A model generated the notes under the pieces. The model ran no database searches. It saw only the letters and a program-made list of their open reading frames with translations, and was not told where the DNA came from. The translations under genes and the position numbers were made by a program. This document shows, one piece after another, positions 28,546-37,097 of a DNA stretch of 64,000 nt (the stretch's first letter is position 1; each line of letters starts with the position of its first letter). This DNA is from Gammaproteobacteria bacterium. Lineage in GTDB: Bacteria > Pseudomonadota > Gammaproteobacteria > SURF-13. The stretch spans positions 531 to 64,530 of the forward strand of contig JBCKVB010000002.1 in assembly GCA_038924245.1 (NCBI GenBank), read 5' to 3'.

Positions 28546-30180
28546 TTAGTGCCGGAAATGGCGCATGCCGGTGAACACCATGGCGATGCCGTGCTCATTC
28601 GCCGCCGCGATCACTTCCGCGTCGCGCACCGAGCCGCCGGGCTGGATGATGGCGCTGATGCCCGCTTGCGCGGCGGTGTCCACGCCGTCGCGGAACGGGA
28701 AGAAGGCGTCGCTCGCCACCACCGCGTGCTTCAGTATGAGCCCGGCCTCCTCGGCCTTCAGCACCGCGATGCGCGCGCTGTACACGCGGCTCATCTGTCC
28801 GGCGCCGATACCGAGAGTCCGCGCATCCCTGCCGTACACGATGGCGTTGGATTTCACGAATTTGGCCACCTTCCACACAAACAGCAGGTCTTGCAGTTGT
28901 TGCGGCGTGGGTTGTCTTTCCGTCACGATCTTGAGTTGCGCGGCGCTGATGGACGCCGCATCGCACTCCTGCACCAGCAGCCCGCCCGTGACGCGCTTGT
29001 AGTCCATCCCGCCTTGCGCCGGTCGCTCCCGGCATCCTGCCTCCCGCGACACTAGCAGAACCCTTCGCTGGCGCTCTTCCCTGTGCGTCGCCGCCGGCCA
29101 CTCGCCGCAGGCCAGTACGCGCACGTTGGGTTTGCCGCTGAGCACAGCGCGCGCTTCATCCGTCACCTGTGGGGCGATGATGACCTCCACGAATTGACCC
29201 TGCACAATGCTTTGCGCCGTCTCGGCGTCGAGCGCCTGATTAAAGGCGATGATGCCGCCGAACGCCGAGGTGGGGTCGGTGGCGTGGGCGCGCCGATAGG
29301 CTTCTGAAATATTTTTCCCCAGCGCCGCCCCGCATGGATTGGCGTGCTTCACGATCACGCAGGCCGGTACCGCGCCGAAGGATTTGACGCACTCCAGCGC
29401 GGCGTCGGCGTCCACGATGTTGTTAAAGGACAGGGGTTTGCCTTGCAGTTGCGTGGCGCTTGCCACGCAGCCGCTCGGCGGACTCGGTTCGCTGTAAAAG
29501 GCGGCCTGCTGGTGCGGGTTTTCGCCGTAGCGTAGCGCTTGCAGCTTGTGGAATGAAGCAACGAAGCGCTCAGGAAACAAGTCACGCGTATTCGCATCAT
29601 GAGTGTGGCGGCCCAGATATTCGGCAATCGCCGCGTCATATTGCGCGCTATGCGCAAAGGCCTTTTGCGCCAGCATGAAGCGCGTGTCCTGGCTCACCGC
29701 GCCTTGATGGGCGCGCATCTCGGCCAACACGCGCGCATAGTCCGCGCTCTCCACCAGTACCGTGACGGCGGCATGATTTTTCGCCGCCGCGCGCAGCAGG
29801 GCCGGGCCGCCGATGTCTATGTTTTCAATCGCCGTGGCGAGATCACAGCCGGGCGTGGCGATGGTTTGGGCGAAGGGATAGAGGTTCACCGCCAGAAGAT
29901 CAATCGGCGGGATGCCGTGTTCGGCCATCACCGCGTCGTCCGTGCCGCGCCGCCCCAGCAGGCCGCCGTGGATTTTGGGGTGCAGGGTTTTCACGCGCCC
30001 CGCCATCAGCTCCGGAAAGCCGGTGTAATCGGAGACCTCGGTCACCGCGATGCCGTGTTGTGCAAGCAGTCTGGCGGTGCCGCCGGTGGAGAGTATCTGT
30101 ACGCCCAGCTCCACCAGACCGCGCGCGAACTCGACGATTCCGGATTTGTCTGAAACGCTAAGGAGGGCGCGGGTAATCAT
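28546..30180 (-). CDS. purH: Bifunctional AICAR formyltransferase / IMP cyclohydrolase, carrying a 24-codon element insertion
   Basis: 544 aa. [11 protein letters not shown]-terminus and C-terminal ...TGMRHFRH. Insert [24 protein letters not shown] lies between ACGEWPA and [16 protein letters not shown]. Confidence 0.93.
   Translation of the reverse strand: MITRALLSVSDKSGIVEFARGLVELGVQILSTGGTARLLAQHGIAVTEVSDYTGFPELMAGRVKTLHPKIHGGLLGRRGTDDAVMAEHGIPPIDLLAVNLYPFAQTIATPGCDLATAIENIDIGGPALLRAAAKNHAAVTVLVESADYARVLAEMRAHQGAVSQDTRFMLAQKAFAHSAQYDAAIAEYLGRHTHDANTRDLFPERFVASFHKLQALRYGENPHQQAAFYSEPSPPSGCVASATQLQGKPLSFNNIVDADAALECVKSFGAVPACVIVKHANPCGAALGKNISEAYRRAHATDPTSAFGGIIAFNQALDAETAQSIVQGQFVEVIIAPQVTDEARAVLSGKPNVRVLACGEWPAATHREERQRRVLLVSREAGCRERPAQGGMDYKRVTGGLLVQECDAASISAAQLKIVTERQPTPQQLQDLLFVWKVAKFVKSNAIVYGRDARTLGIGAGQMSRVYSARIAVLKAEEAGLILKHAVVASDAFFPFRDGVDTAAQAGISAIIQPGGSVRDAEVIAAANEHGIAMVFTGMRHFRH
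29021..29092 (+). repeat. Intragenic palindromic element E3 (72-nt long form) inside purH
   Basis: GGTCGCTCCCGGCATCCTGCCTCCCGCGACACTAGCAGAACCCTTCGCTGGCGCTCTTCCCTGTGCGTCGCC. Confidence 0.9.
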
Positions 30181-30241
30181 TTAGAGGCAGGGGCTAGGGG
30201 CTGGGGGCTTGGCTGTTTTTCCCTAGCCCCCAATCCCTTAT

Positions 30242-30526
30242 TCATTTATCCAATCCATGCTGGCTGAGTTTTTTGCGCAGCGTGCTGCGGTTGAGGCCGA
30301 GAATCTGCGCCGCCTTGCTCTGGTTGCCGCGCGTGTAGCGCAGCACGGTTTGCAGCAGCGGCGGCTCCACTTCATTGATCACCATCTGGTACAGGTCGGC
30401 GGGTATATGACCGTCCATGTCATGCAGATAATTTTCCAGCGCCTGCTGTACCCAGGCGCTCAGCGGCTTTCTGCCGCGTTCGTGCGCGGGATCGGTGTGC
30501 CTGTGTTCGCCGTCGGGCTTGCTCAC
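30242..30526 (-). CDS. fis: DNA-binding protein Fis
   Basis: C-terminal ...VLRYTRGNQSKAAQILGLNRSTLRKKLSQHGL HTH. The GTG start at 30526 overlaps the dusB TGA (GTGA). The track ORF (422 aa) is an out-of-family upstream extension. Confidence 0.85.
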   Translation of the reverse strand: MSKPDGEHRHTDPAHERGRKPLSAWVQQALENYLHDMDGHIPADLYQMVINEVEPPLLQTVLRYTRGNQSKAAQILGLNRSTLRKKLSQHGLDK

Positions 30527-31593
30527 GCCGCGAGTTCCTCCGACGCACAGGGAAGAGCGACAGCGAAGGGTCCTGCTAGTGTCGCGGGAGGCAGGATGCC
30601 GGGAGCGACGCCGCCGCCGCGTTCGGCATGCTGCAGACCGTCGAAAAATTGCCGGGTGATGGCCAATTGTTGCGCGCTGCTGGCGGCCGCGTTGATGGTT
30701 TGGCGAAACTGCGCGCTGCCGTTCTGCCCCTTGCTGTACCAGGACAGATGTTTGCGCGCCATCAGCACGCCGGTGTGCTCGCCGTAAAAGGCGTACAGGT
30801 TGCGCATGTGGCCCATCAGAATGGCGCGGATTTCGGCCACGCCCGGCTCCGGCATGATCCGGCCCGTTTCCAGATAATGCTGGATGGCGCGGAACAGCCA
30901 CGGGCGGCCTTGCGCCGCGCGCCCGATCATGATCCCGTCGGCGCGCGTGTAGTCGAGCACGAATTGCGCCTGTTCGGGTGTGCTGATGTCGCCGCCCGCG
31001 ATCACCGGGATGCGTACTTCTGATTTGATCGCGGCGATGGTGTCGTATTCGGCCTCGCCGCCGAAGGCGCAGGCGCGCGTGCGCCCGTGCACCGCCAGCG
31101 CCTGGATGCCGCATTGCTCCGCGATGCGCGCCACGGCGACGCCGTTGCGGTGCTGTCTGTCCCAGCCGGTGCGGATTTTTAATGTCACCGGCGCCGGCGC
31201 CGCGCGCACCACAGCTTCGAGAATACGCGCGACCAGTGATTCGTCCTGCAACAGCGCCGAGCCCGCCATCACGTTGCACACCTTCTTCGCCGGACAGCCC
31301 ATGTTGATGTCTATGATCTGCGCGCCGTTGTCCACGTTGTATTTGGCCGCTTCGGCCATGAGCCTGGGATCGGCCCCGGCGATCTGGATGATACGCGGCT
31401 CGGTCTCGCCCTCGTGGTTGGCGCGGCGCCGGGTTTTCGCGCTGCCCCACAGGAGTGAATTGGAAGACACCATCTCCGACACCGCCATGCCCGCGCCGAG
31501 CTGTTTGCACAACTGGCGGAACGGACGGTCGGTGACGCCCGCCATGGGCGCCAGAATCAGATTGTTGCTTAATTTATACGGGCCGATTTGCAT
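30523..31593 (-). CDS. dusB: tRNA-dihydrouridine synthase B, with an element insertion in the C-terminal tail
   Basis: 356 aa. LAPMAGVTDRPFR N-terminus. The tail ...[35 protein letters not shown] is encoded by element E4. Confidence 0.9.
   Translation of the reverse strand: MQIGPYKLSNNLILAPMAGVTDRPFRQLCKQLGAGMAVSEMVSSNSLLWGSAKTRRRANHEGETEPRIIQIAGADPRLMAEAAKYNVDNGAQIIDINMGCPAKKVCNVMAGSALLQDESLVARILEAVVRAAPAPVTLKIRTGWDRQHRNGVAVARIAEQCGIQALAVHGRTRACAFGGEAEYDTIAAIKSEVRIPVIAGGDISTPEQAQFVLDYTRADGIMIGRAAQGRPWLFRAIQHYLETGRIMPEPGVAEIRAILMGHMRNLYAFYGEHTGVLMARKHLSWYSKGQNGSAQFRQTINAAASSAQQLAITRQFFDGLQHAERGGGVAPGILPPATLAGPFAVALPCASEELAA
30540..30610 (-). repeat. Intragenic palindromic element E4 (long form) at the 3' end of dusB
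   Basis: The minus strand reads GTCGCTCCCGGCATCCTGCCTCCCGCGACACTAGCAGGACCCTTCGCTGTCGCTCTTCCCTGTGCGTCG. Boundaries are good to about 2 nt. Confidence 0.85.
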
Positions 31594-31654
31594 GGTGTTG
31601 AGTACAACTTTTTTAGTTGTTTACGGCGCATCATGCGCCCGGACTGCTTCTGTA

Positions 31655-31969
31655 TCAGGCGATTTTCGTCTCGCCGCTGCCGCTCATTTCCTTGTTGTCT
31701 GTCCAGGAGACCTTGACCGTATCACCCGCCGCCCCGCCCTGAAAGGAGAAAGACAGATAAGGATTCTTGGATACGGCGATGCCCCACGCCGCTTCCAGCA
31801 CCAGCTTGCCGTTGTGCTCGCATTTGACTTCCTTGATGAAGTGCGCCGGAATCACGTTGCCGGTCTTCCTGTCCTTGAACAGGCCGGTGTCCATGGGATG
31901 CAGGATTTGCAGCTTCACCGTGGTGATGCCGTTTTCCAGCGTGGCGCGGATTTTAATGGTGTTTTCCAT
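31655..31969 (-). CDS. soxZ: Thiosulfate-oxidation carrier complex protein SoxZ
   Basis: 104 aa. ...HPM.TG...D..G..IPAHFI... SoxZ pattern, 31 nt downstream of soxY. Confidence 0.85.
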   Translation of the reverse strand: MENTIKIRATLENGITTVKLQILHPMDTGLFKDRKTGNVIPAHFIKEVKCEHNGKLVLEAAWGIAVSKNPYLSFSFQGGAAGDTVKVSWTDNKEMSGSGETKIA

Positions 31970-32000
31970 GCGGGGCAGGGGTCGGTAATCGGGCGCGGCG

Positions 32001-32471
32001 CTAATCGCTGCAGCCGTCGAGCGTCACTTTGACCTTTTTGTTGGTGCTGTACAGCTTTCCCTCCGACCTGACCAGCGCGATCACGCGCGAGGTCTCCGCC
32101 ATCTTGATGTTGGTCTTGATGAACGGCTTGACGCCGGGCGCCAGCATGAACCGCGCCACCATGGCGTTGGGGTTCTTGTCCACCAGGAGGATGATGCTGT
32201 CCACGCCGGGCAGCGTGCTGGTCACCGTGACCGGCACCACGGCGCCGTTTTCAGCCAGATCGATGACGCTGAGCGCGATGCCCCTGGTGTCGGTGATCAC
32301 GCTCGCCGTGCCGAGCAAGGCGTGCAAGGTGTCTGGCACGCTTTTGGCGCGAAACGCCTGCTCCGGCCAGGCCCCAAACGCAAAGCGCGGCAGCGCGGCG
32401 ACGAGAGCCGCGACGGCGCCGCTTAATACGCCTTTGAGCAGTGATCTGCGGGCAGGATTCATTAACGGCAT
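32001..32471 (-). CDS. soxY: Sulfur carrier protein SoxY (variant C-terminus)
   Basis: 156 aa. Tat-like signal (RRSLLKG), SoxY-type body, and a C-terminal ...VKVTLDGCSD* with the carrier Cys retained. Confidence 0.8.
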   Translation of the reverse strand: MPLMNPARRSLLKGVLSGAVAALVAALPRFAFGAWPEQAFRAKSVPDTLHALLGTASVITDTRGIALSVIDLAENGAVVPVTVTSTLPGVDSIILLVDKNPNAMVARFMLAPGVKPFIKTNIKMAETSRVIALVRSEGKLYSTNKKVKVTLDGCSD

Positions 32472-32562
32472 GGTTTACCGGGTATCTGCAAAGCGGAATC
32501 GTGCTGTGCAATAAAACGAAGGCCAGTATACCGCATTGGTGTTTTTTTCGCCATTAGGGAAG

Positions 32563-32705
32563 CTCTGAATAAGTCCATCCTGGACTTCTCAGAGCACGAA
32601 AAGCAAAAACGTGGCCATAAGAATTATTATGGTGCTTTTCTTCATTTTTCAAACACTTCCGTGTTTGAAAAATGGCGGCACATCCCTGTGCCGCAGGAAC
32701 CTCTA
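32563..32705 (+). repeat. Modular multi-hairpin element, copy A (C-rich loops on the plus strand)
   Basis: H1 32563-32594 CTCTGAATAAGTCC-ATCCT-GGACTTCTCAGAG. H2 GAAAAGCA...TGCTTTTC. H3 TTTTTCAAACAC-TTCC-GTGTTTGAAAAA. H4 32676-32693 CGGCAC-ATCCCT-GTGCCG. Confidence 0.85.
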
Positions 32706-32720
32706 ACTTAATCAGGTTCA

Positions 32721-34166
32721 TTACTGCTTGGTTTCCAGTGCCAACTGCGCCTCCAGGTCCTTGAGCCGCGCCTCGATTCTGGATCCCTGATAGAAATCGT
32801 TTTCCTTGAAGCGCGAGGCGATCTTGAGCTGCTCTATGGCGGAGGCCGTGGCGCCGTTTAAATAGTAGTATTCGGCCAGCGCCTGATGCGCCTCGCCGGG
32901 CAGCCCCGCCGCGCCGCGCGCCTCGGCCAGCAGCTTGTAGGTCTCGGCATCGTTGTATTGCGCGCGCCCGTGCCTTTCCAGCAGCGCCGCCGCCTCGCGT
33001 GCCTGCCCTGCTTGCAGCAGGGCGCGCCCGTAGCCCAGGGTCAACGCATGATTGCCGGGATGGAGCTTGAGCGCGTCATGGTAGATACTCACCGCCTGCG
33101 CCGTGCGCCGGCCGGCGAGCTCGATCTCGGCCAGCAGCAGCGCGTAGGCGGACTGATCCGGGCTCTTGTCCAGCAGCGCGCGCGCCTCCTTGCGCGCCGA
33201 TTCATAATCGCCGTTGCGCAGCAGCGCCCAGGCGTAACCATAGCGCTCCGCCGCGCGATCCGGGTTTTGCTTCAGGCCTTGCGCGGAACGTTTCAGCGCC
33301 TCTTTGGGATTTTTCTCACCCAGCACGCGCAGCTTGGCGCGCACCAGGTGATAGCTGAGGCTGTCGCTCACCTGGCGGTACGGATACTGTTCAGCGCGGT
33401 TACGCGTATCGGCGATACGCGCCACGGTGACGGGGTGAGTGCGCAAATAGTCGGGCAAGTTGGAACCGGCATAACGCGTGGCCTGCTGCAGGCGCTCGAA
33501 AAACACCGGCGTGGCGCGCGGGTCGAAACCGGCGCGCGCCAGGGTCTGGATGCCGATACGGTCCGCCTCCTCTTCATTGGAGCGCGTGAAATTGATCTGG
33601 GTCTGCACGATGCCGGCCTGGGTGGCGGCGAGCGCCGCCTGCCCCATTTGACTGTTCTGCGTGCTGAGCAGAATGCCGGCGATGAGCGCCGCCGCCGCGG
33701 GCAGGCTGAGCTTGTCCGCCGCCTCGAAGGCGCGCGCCAGGTGGCGCTGCGTCACGTGCGCGATTTCATGCGCGATCACCGAGGCCAGCTCGCTTTCCGA
33801 TTCGGAGGCGAGGATCAGCCCGCTGTTCACGCCGATGTAACCGCCCGGCCCGGCGAAGGCGTTGATGCTAGGGTCTTGCACCACGAAGAAGTGATAGTCG
33901 CGCGCCGCATCGTCGCTGTTGGAGGCAATGCGGTAGCCGAGCGCTCGCAGGTAGCCGGTGACTTCCGCGTCATCCATGATGGTGATCTGCTGGCGCAGCT
34001 CACGCATGAAGGCTTCGCCCATGCGCCGGTCCTGTTCGGCGGAAAGCGTGCTGGCGGCGCTATCGCCGATATCGGGCAGGTCGAGGTTAAGCCGCGCTTC
34101 GCCCTGCGCGGACATCCACAGCAGGCTGAGCAGGCAGAGCAAGGCAAGGCGTACGGTTGAGTTCAT
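32721..34166 (-). CDS. M48 family metalloprotease with TPR repeats (BepA/YfgC-like)
   Basis: 481 aa. Signal peptide, HEIAHVTQRH zinc motif, TPR-like C-terminal half. Confidence 0.85.
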   Translation of the reverse strand: MNSTVRLALLCLLSLLWMSAQGEARLNLDLPDIGDSAASTLSAEQDRRMGEAFMRELRQQITIMDDAEVTGYLRALGYRIASNSDDAARDYHFFVVQDPSINAFAGPGGYIGVNSGLILASESESELASVIAHEIAHVTQRHLARAFEAADKLSLPAAAALIAGILLSTQNSQMGQAALAATQAGIVQTQINFTRSNEEEADRIGIQTLARAGFDPRATPVFFERLQQATRYAGSNLPDYLRTHPVTVARIADTRNRAEQYPYRQVSDSLSYHLVRAKLRVLGEKNPKEALKRSAQGLKQNPDRAAERYGYAWALLRNGDYESARKEARALLDKSPDQSAYALLLAEIELAGRRTAQAVSIYHDALKLHPGNHALTLGYGRALLQAGQAREAAALLERHGRAQYNDAETYKLLAEARGAAGLPGEAHQALAEYYYLNGATASAIEQLKIASRFKENDFYQGSRIEARLKDLEAQLALETKQ

Positions 34167-34246
34167 GGCGTTATAGGCTTAAGACCCTGTCCGTGGCCAA
34201 TAGGTTCGAGTGCGCGCTCGCCTGTGCCATCTGCTTAGCTTAAGAA

Positions 34247-34440
34247 CTCTGAAAAACCCGTCCCTGGGATTTTTCAGAGACGGCCGCTCCTGCGCGTCCC
34301 TGCGCCCGCGGCATTGGGGCGTCCTGCCCGGCAAAAATAAAAAAACGTGGTTTTTTATTTTCTTCATTTTTCAAACACTTGACGTGTTTGAAAAATGGCG
34401 GTGCCTCCATGCACCGCACGGAACCTCTGACACATCAGAG
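34247..34440 (+). repeat. Modular multi-hairpin element, copy B (expanded)
   Basis: CTCTGAAAAACCC-GTCCCT-GGGATTTTTCAGAG; GCGC-GTCCCT-GCGC; GGGC-GTCCT-GCCC; an A/T hairpin; TTTTTCAAACAC-TTGAC-GTGTTTGAAAAA; CGGTGC-CTCCAT-GCACCG; CTCTGA-CACA-TCAGAG. Confidence 0.85.
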
Positions 34441-34496
34441 ATTCCTTTATACTGTTCAATTTTAGCGCAATCTGTATTCCAACCCAAGGAAAGTTC

Positions 34497-35882
34497 ATGC
34501 TCGAAAACCTCACCGCGCGCATTCCGGCGCGTTACTGGATACTGCCGCTGCTATTGCTGTGGGGCGGCTTGGTCTTGCTGGCGCTGCGCTTTGACGTGTA
34601 TGGGCTGGATGAAAATGCCGCGCAGGCGCTGCTGCTCAACTGGTCTATCGCGGGCGACGTGGCCAATCCGATTGTGGTGTTCGGGGTGCCCGATTTTCGC
34701 GCGCTGCTGTACATCCCGCTCGGCATCTACTGGCCGGGCAGCGTGGTGGCGGCCAAGGTGTTCACCGTGCTGCTCGGCTTTGCCGCCGTGTTGCTGTTTT
34801 ACCGCTGGAGCGCGCGCCGCTTCACGCCAGAGATTGCCTTGATCGGCAGCGGCCTGCTGCTGCTCGCGCCGTTTTTATTGAGTCAGCTGGACGGCCTGGG
34901 CGCGGGCGTGTATCTGCTGTTTGTGTTGGGCGCGGGCGTGTGGCTGGATGACACTTACCGCGCCGCGCCGCGTCCCTTGGGCGGCAAGTATTTTTTACAG
35001 CTACTGTTGATCGCCATCGCCGTGACGCTGCACCCGGCCGGTCTGGCCTACCCCGCGGCGCTGGTCTGGCGCTGGTACAAAGAGCCCGTGGACGCGCGTC
35101 AGCAGCAGCACATTTATGCCGGCGTCGCCCTGGCGGTGTTGTTCGTACTGCTGCTGCGTCAGGGCTGGAAAAATCTGGCCTGGTGGAGCAATCCCGTCGA
35201 GACGCTCGGCAATGCGCTGGGGGCGGCGTTTTACACCCCCTGGCTGGGGTGGCTCGTGGGCGCGCTGCTGGTCCTTATTGTGCTGATTAACCTGCGCCGG
35301 CTCATGAACGATTTCATGGGGCTGATGTTGCTCGCCGCATTGGGGCTGGGCGCGTTCGCTGCCGATGCCGCCTGGGCCACGCTAGGACTCACCCTGGCGC
35401 TCTATTATGGCAGCGCGTCGCTCATCGCGCTCAATCAAAAATGGCGCGGCGGCTTCCTCGCGCAGCGCGGCGTGACGCTGTTTATAGTCACGCTGGTCTC
35501 GTTATTATTTATGAGCGCGAACAAGCAACATTACGCGTTTAACATGGCGGGCGTGCTCAGCCCGGAGGACCGGCTGATCGCGCGCCTGGCCGAAGAGGCG
35601 GGCGCTACAGAGCGTCCGTTCCACGCCGCCAGCCAGTGGCCCGCGCGCACCATGTTGGCCGCCAAGCGCGCCGCACTGCCGCTGCCGCCGCCCGCCCAGG
35701 ACGCCGAGGCCTTTTTAAAGCAGATTCAGGGTGTTACGCATCTGATCTTTAATCCGTACCAGATTGATGAACGGCTCACGCGCAACCTGGCCGAGGTGGG
35801 AGGCGAGATGGAGACGCTGGCGCGCGAGCCGGGCGGAGTGATACTGCGCGTGCGCGCGCAGGAGCCGCACGCGCGGTTTTAG
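34497..35882 (+). CDS. Hypothetical polytopic membrane protein (possibly a GT-C / ArnT-PMT-like glycosyltransferase)
   Basis: 461 aa with many TM segments. An acidic DE motif (GLDENAA) sits in the first loop as in GT-C enzymes. Weak family call. Confidence 0.4.
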   Translation: MLENLTARIPARYWILPLLLLWGGLVLLALRFDVYGLDENAAQALLLNWSIAGDVANPIVVFGVPDFRALLYIPLGIYWPGSVVAAKVFTVLLGFAAVLLFYRWSARRFTPEIALIGSGLLLLAPFLLSQLDGLGAGVYLLFVLGAGVWLDDTYRAAPRPLGGKYFLQLLLIAIAVTLHPAGLAYPAALVWRWYKEPVDARQQQHIYAGVALAVLFVLLLRQGWKNLAWWSNPVETLGNALGAAFYTPWLGWLVGALLVLIVLINLRRLMNDFMGLMLLAALGLGAFAADAAWATLGLTLALYYGSASLIALNQKWRGGFLAQRGVTLFIVTLVSLLFMSANKQHYAFNMAGVLSPEDRLIARLAEEAGATERPFHAASQWPARTMLAAKRAALPLPPPAQDAEAFLKQIQGVTHLIFNPYQIDERLTRNLAEVGGEMETLAREPGGVILRVRAQEPHARF

Positions 35883-35885
35883 GAG

Positions 35886-36368
35886 CTATTCCTGTTTGGG
35901 CGGCGGCGGGCTGGACATCTTCATCTCGCTTTGGTGCACCACGATGGAGCTGATGCGCAACGCGCCCAGCACAAACAGCAGCGCGCTCAAGGCATACAGC
36001 TCTTCGACGGTGATTTTGTGCTCGAAGAGTTTTATCATGACCTCGCGCAGGATGAACACGATGCCCGCGTCCACGATGAAGGTCATGCGCAAGCGGTGGG
36101 TGGTGAAATAATTCGCCAGCGAGCGCGATAGCTCGACCAGGATAAACAGCGTGAGCACGTCCGTGATGAGGCGCTGATATTGGCGCGTGAGGTCTTCATG
36201 GAGCGCCAGGTCGCCCAGGTTGAGAAACAGGCGCAGTACGCCGATGATGATGCCGAGGGTGATGAACGCCAGCAGCACGCCCAATGCCCAGCTTATCACC
36301 TTTTCAAACAGCGCTAATGGACGGATCTTCATGACGTGTTCAAACAGCGCTAATGGACGGATCTTCAT
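35886..36368 (-). CDS. PsiE-like (phosphate-starvation-inducible E family) membrane protein with a duplicated N-terminus
   Basis: 160 aa with 4 predicted TM segments. The N-terminus MKIRPLALFEHV-MKIRPLALFEKV arises from a 36-bp tandem duplication. Confidence 0.6.
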   Translation of the reverse strand: MKIRPLALFEHVMKIRPLALFEKVISWALGVLLAFITLGIIIGVLRLFLNLGDLALHEDLTRQYQRLITDVLTLFILVELSRSLANYFTTHRLRMTFIVDAGIVFILREVMIKLFEHKITVEELYALSALLFVLGALRISSIVVHQSEMKMSSPPPPKQE

Positions 36369-36374
36369 GACGTG
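36303..36374. repeat. Perfect 2 x 36-bp tandem duplication spanning the plsY stop / psiE-like start
   Basis: TTCAAACAGCGCTAATGGACGGATCTTCATGACGTG occurs at 36303-36338 and again at 36339-36374. Confidence 0.95.
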
Positions 36375-36979
36375 GATGTCCTTTTAAAGTTTATTTTCGG
36401 CTCCCCGCCGTGCAGCAGGTTATGGATGTTGACGCGGTGGCGCCACAGCAGAAAGGTGCTCATGATGACCGCCACCGCGACAAACGGCAGCGGCGCTCCC
36501 AGCCAGTGCAGATAGAGCGGCGCCATGAAGGCCGCGCCGAGCGCGGCGAGCGAGGAGAAGCGGAACAACAGCGCGAGCACAATCCAGGTTGCCATTGCCG
36601 CGAGGCCGGTGATCCAGTGCAGGCCGAGCAGCACGCCGAGAAAGGTCGCCACCCCCTTGCCGCCCTGAAAATCGAAATAGGCCGGGTACAAATGACCGAG
36701 GAAGGCGGCGAGCGCGATGCCGACAAAGGCCATCGGCGGCAGATGCAGCGCATGGGCCACGAGCAGCATGGGTACGCCCTTCAGCAGGTCTCCCGCGAGC
36801 ACCAGCAGCGCGGGCTTGACGCCGCCGAGGCGCAGCACGTTGGTGGCGCCCGGGTTGCGCGAGCCCTGGCTGCGCGGGTCGGGCAGGCCCATCAGCTTGC
36901 TGACGATGATGGCGCAGGACAGCGAGCTCAGCAGATAGCCCGCGACCATGAGCAGGAAGGTGTAGAAGGGGACGATCAT
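36365..36979 (-). CDS. plsY: Glycerol-3-phosphate acyltransferase PlsY
   Basis: 204 aa. GS.NPGATNV motif and GGKG motif. Confidence 0.9.
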   Translation of the reverse strand: MIVPFYTFLLMVAGYLLSSLSCAIIVSKLMGLPDPRSQGSRNPGATNVLRLGGVKPALLVLAGDLLKGVPMLLVAHALHLPPMAFVGIALAAFLGHLYPAYFDFQGGKGVATFLGVLLGLHWITGLAAMATWIVLALLFRFSSLAALGAAFMAPLYLHWLGAPLPFVAVAVIMSTFLLWRHRVNIHNLLHGGEPKINFKRTSTS

Positions 36980-37097
36980 GGAACTGTATTGGAACCCGTC
37001 TGCGCGCCGAGGTCAATAGCTTAAGCGCAGCATGTGTCATTTTCATGGCCGTTGATTTGCGGTATAACTAGAGCCTCCTCTCAAAATATCGGCGCGC

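Noticed and set aside
32563-34440. The multi-hairpin elements could be annotated as bona fide CsrB/RsmY/Z-type sRNA genes.
   Set aside because: There are only 2-5 GGA loops per copy, no canonical rho-independent terminator, only weak promoter-like hexamers, and inconsistent orientation relative to neighbours. They share modules with a dispersed repeat family. They are kept as a hypothesis in the findings, not as an ncRNA feature.
34420-34440. CUGAUG in the terminal hairpin of element copy B (minus strand) could be a hammerhead-ribozyme core.
   Set aside because: The remaining conserved hammerhead elements (GAAA and the three-stem junction geometry) are not arranged appropriately.
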